From Candidatus Shapirobacteria bacterium (GTDB taxonomy: Bacteria; Patescibacteriota; Microgenomatia; UBA12405), in NCBI GenBank assembly GCA_041665485.1, contig JBAYIT010000002.1, positions 133,867 through 197,866 on the forward strand: a stretch of DNA of 64,000 nucleotides, written 5' to 3'. Each line of letters begins with the position of its first letter. Positions within the stretch are counted from its first letter, which is position 1. The notes below the pieces were generated by a model. The model was not told the DNA's origin. It saw nothing but the letters and a program-made list of their open reading frames with translations, and did not search any database. Below are positions 27,974-36,076 of this stretch, piece after piece. Position numbers and translations under genes: made by a program.

Positions 27974-29434
27974 ATGTTTGAACAATCATTTAAAAACATC
28001 GACAATATTCTCCACACTGATTCTGGTTGCGCCACTGAACTTGATTATGTTGAGCAAACCTCATGGATTCTTTTCCTAAAATATCTTGATGATTTAGAAG
28101 AAGATAAAAAGAAATCAGCCAGTTTGTCCGGAAAAAATTATGATTATATTTTGTCTCCGGAGTTTCGCTGGAATTCTTGGGCCTGCCCCAAAAATAGTAG
28201 CAACAAGCTAGACCTCAACAAAGCCCTCGACGGCGACGACTTAAGAGATTTTGTCAACAATAATCTCTTTCCCTATCTCAAAAAATTTAAAGCCGATAAA
28301 AACGAAGACCGAAACACCATTGAATACAAAATCGGCGAAATTTTCTTTGAATTAAAAAATAAAATTTCCAGTGGTTACAAACTTCGGGAAATTTTAAATA
28401 TCGTCGATGACATGCACTTTCGTCTTTACCAAGAAAAACATGAATTGTCTTACCTCTACGAAGCCAAAATCAAAAACATGGGTAACGCTGGCCGCAATGG
28501 CGGCGAATACTACACCCCCCGCCCCCTCATCAAAACTATTATCAAAGTCGTCGCCCCCAAACTTGGCGAAACAATTTACGACGGCGCTTGCGGCAGTGCC
28601 GGGTTCTTAGTCGAGTCATACAACTATCTAACCCAAGACCAAGCCCACCTGTCCTCAAGCCAAATGGAAGCCCTCCAAACCACCACCTTTTTTGGCAAAG
28701 AAATAAAATCTCTCGCCTACATCATCGGCATTATGAATATGATTTTGCACGGCATTGAAGCCCCAAATATTCGCCACATGAATACTTTATCCGACAATAT
28801 CAACGATATCCAAGAAAAAGACCGCTTTGATATTGTTCTGGCCAATCCGCCCTTCGGCGCCGGCATTGGCCGAGAAATTCAACAAAACTTTCCCATTAAA
28901 ACCGGTGAAACCGCTTTTCTTTTTCTCCAACATTTCATCAAAATTCTCAAAGCTGGTGGCCGGGCCGGCATTGTCATTAAAAATACTTTTCTTTCTAACA
29001 CCGACAATGCCTCAGTAAGTTTACGCAAACTGCTTTTGGAAAATTGCAATCTCCATACTGTCCTTGATTTACCCGGCGGCGCGTTTCAAGGTGCTGGCGT
29101 TAAAACTGTTGTTTTGTTTTTTGAAAAAGGTGCGGCCACTAAAAAAGTTTGGTTTTATCAACTTAATCTTGATCGCAATTTGGGCAAAGGTAATCCTTTA
29201 AATGAAGCCGATTTAGCCGAATTTGTCGAACTCCAAAAAATTCAAGCCACTAGCCCCAACTCTTGGAATGTCGACGTTTCCACCATCGACCAATCCACCT
29301 TCGACCTCTCCCCCAAAAATCCCAACACCGACCCCGGGCCAATTAACAGAGAACCGAAAGAAATTCTAGATGAGATGAAGAAATTGAGTCGGGAATCTGA
29401 ATTAATATTAGCAAAGATAAAAGATTTAATCTAA
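27974..29434 (+). CDS. hsdM: Type I R-M methyltransferase subunit (N6-adenine)
   Basis: GEYYTPR, DGACGSAGFL, NPPF. Confidence 0.95.
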   Translation: MFEQSFKNIDNILHTDSGCATELDYVEQTSWILFLKYLDDLEEDKKKSASLSGKNYDYILSPEFRWNSWACPKNSSNKLDLNKALDGDDLRDFVNNNLFPYLKKFKADKNEDRNTIEYKIGEIFFELKNKISSGYKLREILNIVDDMHFRLYQEKHELSYLYEAKIKNMGNAGRNGGEYYTPRPLIKTIIKVVAPKLGETIYDGACGSAGFLVESYNYLTQDQAHLSSSQMEALQTTTFFGKEIKSLAYIIGIMNMILHGIEAPNIRHMNTLSDNINDIQEKDRFDIVLANPPFGAGIGREIQQNFPIKTGETAFLFLQHFIKILKAGGRAGIVIKNTFLSNTDNASVSLRKLLLENCNLHTVLDLPGGAFQGAGVKTVVLFFEKGAATKKVWFYQLNLDRNLGKGNPLNEADLAEFVELQKIQATSPNSWNVDVSTIDQSTFDLSPKNPNTDPGPINREPKEILDEMKKLSRESELILAKIKDLI

Positions 29435-29437
29435 AAA

Positions 29438-30214
29438 ATGGACGTATCGCCTAATTATTTAATGAAGTTAGTTGGACAAATTGATGCAAAAATTTGGCAA
29501 GTTTTTGAAACTTATAAAAATGTAAATTTCTACATTAAAAAATGGCAAACCTATGACAGCTTTGGTAATGCAAATTTCAATATATCGTATATCGACAACA
29601 AAATTGATTTAAAAGACACCCTCCACTCAATTGACAACGAAAATTTAATTAAAATTGCAGTCGATCTGGGTATTGAAACTCCAGATTTTATTCCATCAGT
29701 CCCAGTAATTAAAAATGTTTTAAAAAATAATTTTCCAACCGCTTTTGATACTTTTAAAAAAGCCATTGATCAAATTGAAGAAAATCCAGATTTAGCTATT
29801 GGTTCAGCAAATTCCACTTTAGAAAGTATTATCAAACACATTTCTGATAATAGTAATATTTCAAAAAAAGTCAACAAAAAAGACACCCTTTATAAACTAA
29901 CCCAGGATATTTTGAAAGAGTTTTCTCTTTTTCCAACCAAATCAATCCCGGTAGAGATAAAAACTATCGGGAGCAGTTTGTTAAATCTATCCCAAAACAT
30001 AGAAAGTTTGAGAAGTAATAAAACAACCTTTCATGGCAAGTCAGCTAATGATTATATTGTCGATGATCCCCTGTATGCCTATTTTATTGTAAACATTGTT
30101 TCTTCAATCGGATTATTTTTGATTAGTTTTTATGAAAAGAAATACAATAAACTTGACCTAAAAAGTTCCGGTGAATATGTCAACGAAACAACCATCGATG
30201 AGATGCCTTTTTAA
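29438..30214 (+). CDS. Abortive-infection C-terminal (Abi_C-like) domain protein
   Basis: AI..ANSTLESIIKHI, LRSNKTTFHG, AYFIVN. Confidence 0.7.
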   Translation: MDVSPNYLMKLVGQIDAKIWQVFETYKNVNFYIKKWQTYDSFGNANFNISYIDNKIDLKDTLHSIDNENLIKIAVDLGIETPDFIPSVPVIKNVLKNNFPTAFDTFKKAIDQIEENPDLAIGSANSTLESIIKHISDNSNISKKVNKKDTLYKLTQDILKEFSLFPTKSIPVEIKTIGSSLLNLSQNIESLRSNKTTFHGKSANDYIVDDPLYAYFIVNIVSSIGLFLISFYEKKYNKLDLKSSGEYVNETTIDEMPF

Positions 30215-30231
30215 ACTAAAAACCATCAAAC

Positions 30232-31446
30232 ATGAAACCTAATTGGCCAACCAAAAGACTTGTGGATCTATATGAAATTACCTCGAGCAAAAGGGTTTTT
30301 AAATCGGAATGGAAAAGCAATGGGATACCTTTTTACAGAGCCAGAGAAATTGTTAAATTAGCACAAAACGGATTTGTTAACAATGAATTGTTCATCTCAA
30401 AAGAGATGTTTGACAAATATTCCGTAAAATACGGCATACCAAAGGAAGGAGACATAATGGTTACAGGAGTAGGCACCCTAGGAATTTGTTATGTAGTTAA
30501 AAATAACGATAAATTTTATTTTAAAGATGGGAACATCATCTGGTTAAAAAAGAAAAGTGATGTCATCACCAAATTTGTTGAATATGCCTTTAAATCAGAC
30601 TTTTTGAGAAAGCAAATAGATAATAGTGCAGGAGCTACGGTGGGAACTTACACCATAATAAAAGCAAAAAATACGATCATTCCTCTTCCACCTCTCCCCG
30701 AACAGATCCACATTGTAGAAATTTTGGATGATGTATTTGAGGATATAAAAAAAGTTAAAGAAAACACTGAAAAGAATCTCCAAAATTTCAAAGACCTTTT
30801 TGAATCATATTTAGACAGTATTTTTAATAATCCAAACGGCAACTTTGAAAATAAAAAAATCAAAGACATTGCTGAAATAAAAGGCGGAAAAAGAGTTCCA
30901 AGAGGATATAAGTTAAAAAATGAAAAAACTAAATATCCGTATATTCGAGTAGCTGATTTTAACAACCATGGCAACATTGACCTCGAAAACATCAAATATG
31001 TTGATAAAAACATTTATGAGCAAATTAAAAATTACACCATTTCAACAAAAGATTTATATATAAGTATTGCCGGTACGATAGGTAAAACAGGCATAATTCC
31101 CCAAGAATTAGAAGGAGCTAATTTAACAGAAAATTCCTGTAAACTGGTTTTTAAAGACAATATCTATAACCGATATATTTACTTTTTTACTAAAAGCACC
31201 GAATTTATTAAACAAGCGGGACTAAATACAAGAAAAGTCGCAATGCCTAAACTTGCCTTAACCAGATTGGGAAACATATTAATTCCAATACCAAAATCAA
31301 TTTCCGAACAAAAGGCAATTGTGGCCAAGTTAGACACATTGGCAGGGGAGACGAAAAATCTGGAGGTGATTTATAAGCAAAAATTGGCCGATTTAGAAGA
31401 ACTGAAAAAATCCATATTAAGCAAGGCCTTTAGTGGAGAATTATAG
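30232..31446 (+). CDS. hsdS: Type I R-M specificity subunit
   Basis: Two TRDs, IPLPPLPEQ..IV and IPIP....EQKAIV, ends SILSKAFSGEL. Confidence 0.95.
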   Translation: MKPNWPTKRLVDLYEITSSKRVFKSEWKSNGIPFYRAREIVKLAQNGFVNNELFISKEMFDKYSVKYGIPKEGDIMVTGVGTLGICYVVKNNDKFYFKDGNIIWLKKKSDVITKFVEYAFKSDFLRKQIDNSAGATVGTYTIIKAKNTIIPLPPLPEQIHIVEILDDVFEDIKKVKENTEKNLQNFKDLFESYLDSIFNNPNGNFENKKIKDIAEIKGGKRVPRGYKLKNEKTKYPYIRVADFNNHGNIDLENIKYVDKNIYEQIKNYTISTKDLYISIAGTIGKTGIIPQELEGANLTENSCKLVFKDNIYNRYIYFFTKSTEFIKQAGLNTRKVAMPKLALTRLGNILIPIPKSISEQKAIVAKLDTLAGETKNLEVIYKQKLADLEELKKSILSKAFSGEL

Positions 31447-31464
31447 CCGTGGTAAACTTAAAGC

Positions 31465-31629
31465 ATGAGTAAGCTTATACCCAAAAAAAGAGGTGACACA
31501 CTGGTTAAAACTATCGAGAAGAAATACGGTGTTGACTTGAAATATCGATCAGATGCCCAGCTTCACACCGTACTGGAAAAAGAAGGCTTACCCTCTCTTT
31601 CCAAACTCCTAAAAATGACTCGAAAATAG
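31465..31629 (+). CDS. Small basic protein, 54 aa (absent from ORF track)
   Basis: MSKLIPKKRGDTLVKTIEKKYGVDLKYRSDAQLHTVLEKEGLPSLSKLLKMTRK*; TGGTAAACT -10 6 nt upstream; fills the gap between hsdS and the next ORF. Confidence 0.72.
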   Translation: MSKLIPKKRGDTLVKTIEKKYGVDLKYRSDAQLHTVLEKEGLPSLSKLLKMTRK

Positions 31630-31640
31630 TCCAAACGATT

Positions 31641-32174
31641 ATGAGTGGTTTTGAATTTATAAAAAGCAAGGAACTCCGCCAGACGCTCGAAAACTCCATC
31701 GAATACATCTACACTCTCTACGAACGGGCAAAAAACGGAGAAGAAAAGCAATTATATAAAGAAGAAACATATCGAGTCATTATTTTGTATGTAATTTCTG
31801 TCATCGAAGCTGTACTTTTTTATTTTTACAAAGAACGTGGAGAAAAAATCGAATCTTTTGAATATAAATATATTAATCAACTTCCGCAAAGTTATACTCA
31901 CACTCTAAAAAAAGATATGCCTATAGTTGTTGCCGTCCAAGAAAAAATCGAAAAAAGTCAGGTTGGTCTGTACGAACTTATAAAATTTTTTAGAGGAAAA
32001 AAACTCATAAAAGAAAGCACCGCCTCCGATATTTTAGAATTAAATGATATTAGAAATACTTTTCACCTTAATAAAGCCCGTACAAAAAGATGCGATATCA
32101 AACAAGTTGAATCAGCTCTAAAATTACTTGTACACACAATTGAAAACGCCCCAAAGGCCTTGAAAATCAATTAA
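31641..32174 (+). CDS. Hypothetical all-helical protein, possible HEPN-like
   Basis: SVIEAVL and IRNTFH (RN..H) motifs. Confidence 0.55.
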   Translation: MSGFEFIKSKELRQTLENSIEYIYTLYERAKNGEEKQLYKEETYRVIILYVISVIEAVLFYFYKERGEKIESFEYKYINQLPQSYTHTLKKDMPIVVAVQEKIEKSQVGLYELIKFFRGKKLIKESTASDILELNDIRNTFHLNKARTKRCDIKQVESALKLLVHTIENAPKALKIN

Positions 32175-32210
32175 ACCCCATTTTGTTCGGCGCTGGCTTA
32201 TAATACAATC

Positions 32211-34565
32211 ATGAACGAAGCCGAAACCCGAGCCGAATACATTGATCCCAAGCTTAAAGCCAGTGGTTGGGGAGAAGTCGAAGATTCAAAGGTGTCGCGC
32301 GAATTTCATATCACCGACGGCCGAATCCAAACCGGTGGTGTTCGCGGTAAACCGGAAATCGCTGATTATATTTTGGTATATAAAAACCGCAGAATCGGCG
32401 TTATTGAAGCCAAAGCCGAAAATCTTTCAGTCACCGAAGGTGTCACCCAAGCCAAAGCCTACGCCACCAAATTGCAAATCGATTATGCCTACTCCACCAA
32501 TGGCCACGAAATTTACGAAATCTGTTTAAAAACCGGCCAAGAGGGGATTGTTCCCAATTTTCCCACTCCAAACGAACTGTGGCAAAAAACTTTTTCCCAT
32601 CAAAACCAATGGCAAGAACAATTTGACAATATCCCCTTTGAAGACGGTGGCACCGGCAAAAAACCTAGGTACTATCAAGAAATTGCCGTCAACAATATCG
32701 TTAAAGCCGTCGCCGAAGAAAAAAATCGAATTCTTCTAACCCTCGCCACTGGCACCGGAAAAACTTTTGTTGCTTTCCAAGTTGCTTGGAAACTATTTCA
32801 AACTCGCTGGAATTTAAAACGTGACGGTAACCGCCGGCCAAGAATTTTATTTTTAGCCGACCGGAATATTTTAGCCGACCAAGCCTTCAATGCTTTTTCC
32901 GCCTTTGACAAAGATGCTCTGGTTCGCATCAATCCTCTAGATATTCGCAAAAAAGGCGGTGTACCAATAAGCGGTAGTGTCTTTTTTACTATCTTTCAGA
33001 CCTTTATGAGTGGTAAAGACGGCAGCCCCTATTTTGGCGACTATCCCGCCGACTTTTTCGACCTAATTATCATCGACGAATGTCATCGTGGTGGCGCCAA
33101 CGATGAAAGCAATTGGCGAGGAATTCTCGACTATTTTTCTCCCGCCGTTCAACTTGGTCTAACCGCCACCCCCAAACGAAAAGATAATATCGATACTTAT
33201 AAATATTTCGGTGATCCAGTCTATATTTACTCACTTAAAGACGGTGTTAACGATGGTTTTTTAACTCCTTTTAAAATCAAACGCATTAAAACCACTCTCG
33301 ATGATTATGTCTACACCTCCGACGATCAAATTATCGAGGGCGAAGTGGAAGAAGGCAAGATATACAAAGAACCAGATTTTAATCGAATCATTGTCATTAA
33401 AGAACGCGAAGCCAATAGAGTTCGAATTGTCCTAGACGAAATCAATCAAAGCGAAAAAACAATTATTTTTTGCGCCACCCAAGATCATGCCCTTGCTGTC
33501 CGCGACTTAGTCAATCAGATGAAAGATAGCAAAGACCCCAATTATTGTGTCCGCGTAACCGCCAACGACGGCGATCGGGGCGAACAATTCTTGCGCGAAT
33601 TTCAAGACAACGAAAAAACCATTCCCACCATTCTTACCACTTCCCAAAAACTCTCAACCGGAGTCGACGCCCGCAATATTCGCAATATTGTTTTAATGAG
33701 GCCGATCAATTCCATGATTGAATTCAAACAAATTATTGGTCGTGGCACTAGGCTTTTTGATGGTAAAGAATACTTTACTATTTACGACTTCGTCGATGCT
33801 TATAAGCATTTTTCCGATCCAGAGTGGGACGGGGAACCAATTGATGAGACTACCGACGGACCGAGTGGCCCAGGAGAAGATGGTCCAGGAGGGGATCCAC
33901 CGCCAAAGATTTGTCCTATTTGTGGCAAAGAACCCTGTGAATGTGAAAAAAACCCACCAAAGAAAAAATTAAAAATAAAATTACGTGATGGTAAAGAGAG
34001 GGAAATAAAACATATGATCGCCACCTCATTTTGGAGCGCCGACGGTAAACCAATCACCATTCAAGAATTTATTAATAACATGTATGGCGCTATGCCCGAA
34101 TTTTTCAAATCAGAAGAAGAATTAAGAACCATTTGGTCAAACCCCACCACCCGCAAAGTATTCTTGGAGAAGATCGCCGAAATTGGTTATGGCAAGGATG
34201 AATTAGAAACTTTACAAAAAATAATTGAGGCGGAAAATTCCGACCTTTTCGACGTCCTTACTTATGTTTCTTTTTGCACCCCGCCAATTTCTCGAATCGA
34301 TAGAGTCGAATCGGCAAAACAAAAAATATTTGAGGGTTTGGAAAGTAAACAGAAAGAATTTTTGGATTTTGTTTTATCAAAATATCAGGAAAAAGGAGTC
34401 GAAGAGCTCGATGAGGATAAACTACCAATTTTACTCAATTTGAAATATCACGCCATTGCCAACGCCGAACAATCACTCGGAAATGTCGAAGACATTAGGG
34501 CAATCTTCTTTGGTTTCCAAAAAAATCTTTACGCCAAACCAATCCAGCTATATGCAGACCAATAA
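32211..34565 (+). CDS. hsdR: Type I R-M restriction subunit (EcoEI-like)
   Basis: NEAETR...ID..L, ADY..IEAK nuclease, ATGTGKT, DECHRG, TATP, QIIGRGTR. Confidence 0.95.
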   Translation: MNEAETRAEYIDPKLKASGWGEVEDSKVSREFHITDGRIQTGGVRGKPEIADYILVYKNRRIGVIEAKAENLSVTEGVTQAKAYATKLQIDYAYSTNGHEIYEICLKTGQEGIVPNFPTPNELWQKTFSHQNQWQEQFDNIPFEDGGTGKKPRYYQEIAVNNIVKAVAEEKNRILLTLATGTGKTFVAFQVAWKLFQTRWNLKRDGNRRPRILFLADRNILADQAFNAFSAFDKDALVRINPLDIRKKGGVPISGSVFFTIFQTFMSGKDGSPYFGDYPADFFDLIIIDECHRGGANDESNWRGILDYFSPAVQLGLTATPKRKDNIDTYKYFGDPVYIYSLKDGVNDGFLTPFKIKRIKTTLDDYVYTSDDQIIEGEVEEGKIYKEPDFNRIIVIKEREANRVRIVLDEINQSEKTIIFCATQDHALAVRDLVNQMKDSKDPNYCVRVTANDGDRGEQFLREFQDNEKTIPTILTTSQKLSTGVDARNIRNIVLMRPINSMIEFKQIIGRGTRLFDGKEYFTIYDFVDAYKHFSDPEWDGEPIDETTDGPSGPGEDGPGGDPPPKICPICGKEPCECEKNPPKKKLKIKLRDGKEREIKHMIATSFWSADGKPITIQEFINNMYGAMPEFFKSEEELRTIWSNPTTRKVFLEKIAEIGYGKDELETLQKIIEAENSDLFDVLTYVSFCTPPISRIDRVESAKQKIFEGLESKQKEFLDFVLSKYQEKGVEELDEDKLPILLNLKYHAIANAEQSLGNVEDIRAIFFGFQKNLYAKPIQLYADQ

Positions 34566-34669
34566 TAAAAAAAAAACACCCCAAAGTCACAGAACAAGGT
34601 AATTATTTCAGGATAGACAAACAAAAATCAAACGGAAAAATAATCAAAAAAATAGGGGAGATATTTGGT

Positions 34670-34769
34670 GAAGGCTGTTAGTTTCAGGGCAAACAACCTT
34701 CGAAATGCCGACGGCTCAACAATCTGCTAAGCCTAAACTCATAATACCATACATCTCGCGATTAGACAA
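34670..34769 (-). ncRNA. Candidate two-hairpin sRNA with its own promoter
   Basis: TTGTCT-17 nt-TATTAT (34769-34741); hairpins GGCTTAGCA/TGTTGAGCC (34733-34713) and GAAGGTTGTT/AACAGCCTTC (34701-34670). Confidence 0.4.
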
Positions 34770-34839
34770 TAATATATCCGTACAATACCGCACAAAACAT
34801 CTATTGACAAGTAACTTTCCCTCCTTTCCCTATAATTCC

Positions 34840-34872
34840 GGTATGGCAGTAACATATAATTACTGCCATACC
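34840..34872. promoter_or_regulatory. Perfect 13-bp inverted repeat just after a TATAAT
   Basis: GGTATGGCAGTAA-catataa-TTACTGCCATACC followed by ATTTCTTTT. Confidence 0.6.
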
Positions 34873-34886
34873 ATTTCTTTTCAAAT

Positions 34887-35348
34887 ATGAAATTAATAAT
34901 TAAATATTCCCTCACTGGAGAACTTAAAGAAGCGGTTAATGTACTCAAAAACCTAAGTGAGTACGAAAATCTCCGTTCCTTCATCAAACCTTCATTCAAA
35001 TCTATTCTCACCTTTGCTGTAAACAAAAATACAGCAATTAAACATACCCAAAAAGTCTGGCTAGATGCAAAACCGGCAGTAGAAAAAGCATTCAAGGATC
35101 TTGGCATCAAAGATCCGGGAGAAATGCCTTGTTTTCTTCATGGAATGTCCTGCGAAGGTTGGTTTAATACAAACAACAATTCCATCCATGTCCGCTTCCC
35201 AGAAAATGGTGGAGATAAAGAACTCCTTAACACCATCGTTCACGAAATCATCCATCTTGCCACCTACAACAAAAAGTATGATTACGGCAAGCGAGAAGAT
35301 ATTGTCGATAAATACCTCAATAAGCCTCAGTTAAAAAAGATTTTCTAA
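34887..35348 (+). CDS. Hypothetical protein with HExxH zinc-metallopeptidase motif
   Basis: TIVHEIIHL. Confidence 0.65.
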   Translation: MKLIIKYSLTGELKEAVNVLKNLSEYENLRSFIKPSFKSILTFAVNKNTAIKHTQKVWLDAKPAVEKAFKDLGIKDPGEMPCFLHGMSCEGWFNTNNNSIHVRFPENGGDKELLNTIVHEIIHLATYNKKYDYGKREDIVDKYLNKPQLKKIF

Positions 35349-35385
35349 GTGTAAGCCAATAACCGCTATTATAGAACTCAAATTT

Positions 35386-35487
35386 AATTTAGCGTAAGAA
35401 TAGGCAAAAAAACTTGGTGACCCCAGTTGAGTCGCCGTGTCCGCTGCGCCTGTCCACTGACAGGGCTCAGACGGAAACCCACGACTC
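35386..35487 (-). repeat. Duplicate of the tRNA-Glu 3' end plus trailer, with nested hairpin inserts in the T loop
   Basis: CGTAAGA.TAGGCAAAAAAACTTGGTGACCCCAGT repeated at ~35498-35539; insert 35435-35475 contains CCTGT-CCACTG-ACAGG and GCTCAGACGG. Confidence 0.85.
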
Positions 35488-35526
35488 CATTATTAGAAAT
35501 TTAACGTAAGAGTAGGCAAAAAAACT

Positions 35527-35603
35527 TGGTGACCCCAGTGGGAGTCGAACCCACGATTACCTGGATGAAGGCCAGGTGTCCTAGGCCACTAGACGATGGG
35601 GCC
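35527..35603 (-). tRNA. tRNA-Glu(TTC), CCA encoded, C at position 33
   Basis: Acceptor GGCCCCA/TGGGGTC; anticodon arm CCTGG-CCTTCAT-CCAGG; T loop TTCGACT. Confidence 0.9.
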
Positions 35604-35619
35604 AAAACTAATTTTAAAA

Positions 35620-35670
35620 AGGTGCACGGCCACTAAGAGTTTATCCGCCTGTGGCGGAATGGGGCCAAAA
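35620..35670 (-). repeat. Duplicate of the tRNA-Glu 5' end with hairpin insert
   Basis: GGCCACTA[AGAGTTTATCCGCCTGTGGCGGA]ATGGGGCCAAAA versus tRNA GGCCACTAGACGATGGGGCCAAAA. Confidence 0.8.
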
Positions 35671-35724
35671 TTCCTCCTATTATCTCACGCCCCATTTGTT
35701 ATTAAAACTATTAAATAAACTAAA

Positions 35725-35945
35725 GTCTCCCTTGTCAAAGGGAGATTTAGAGGGATTGAAAACTTGCGAAGCGTAGCGAAGTCCGGCTCAGACGGATCAA
35801 AGGGAGATTTAGAGGGATTGAAAACTTGCGAAGCGTAGCGAAGTCCGGCTCAGACGGATCAAAGGGAGATTTAGAGGGATTGGAAACTTGCAAGCGTTGC
35901 GAAGTCCGGCTCAGACAGGTCAAAGGAGGGGATAGGGGTAGATTT
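35725..35945 (+). repeat. Tandem array of ~3.3 copies of a 62-nt composite REP-like unit
   Basis: Units start at 35736, 35798, 35860 (degenerate) and 35921 (partial): CAAAGGGAGATTTAGAGGGATTGAAAACTTGCGAAGCGTAGCGAAGTCCGGCTCAGACGGAT. Confidence 0.92.
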
Positions 35946-36076
35946 TAATTTTAAGCCCCAAAAAAACACACATCAAATACATACTTGCGTTAAATTTGCC
36001 AAACTATAGGCCTAAACGCGACACTTTCCTCATTTTTCTGTATACTCTTTCTAATAATAAACCGATTCTGATTCAA

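Noticed and set aside
35386-35487. Split, permuted or intron-containing tRNA, or a classical prophage att site
   Set aside because: The fragments lack an anticodon arm and abut an intact gene, and no integrase is nearby; kept as shadow fragments.
35736-35945. CRISPR array
   Set aside because: Units 1 and 2 are identical over their full length, so there are no unique spacers; no cas genes in the window.
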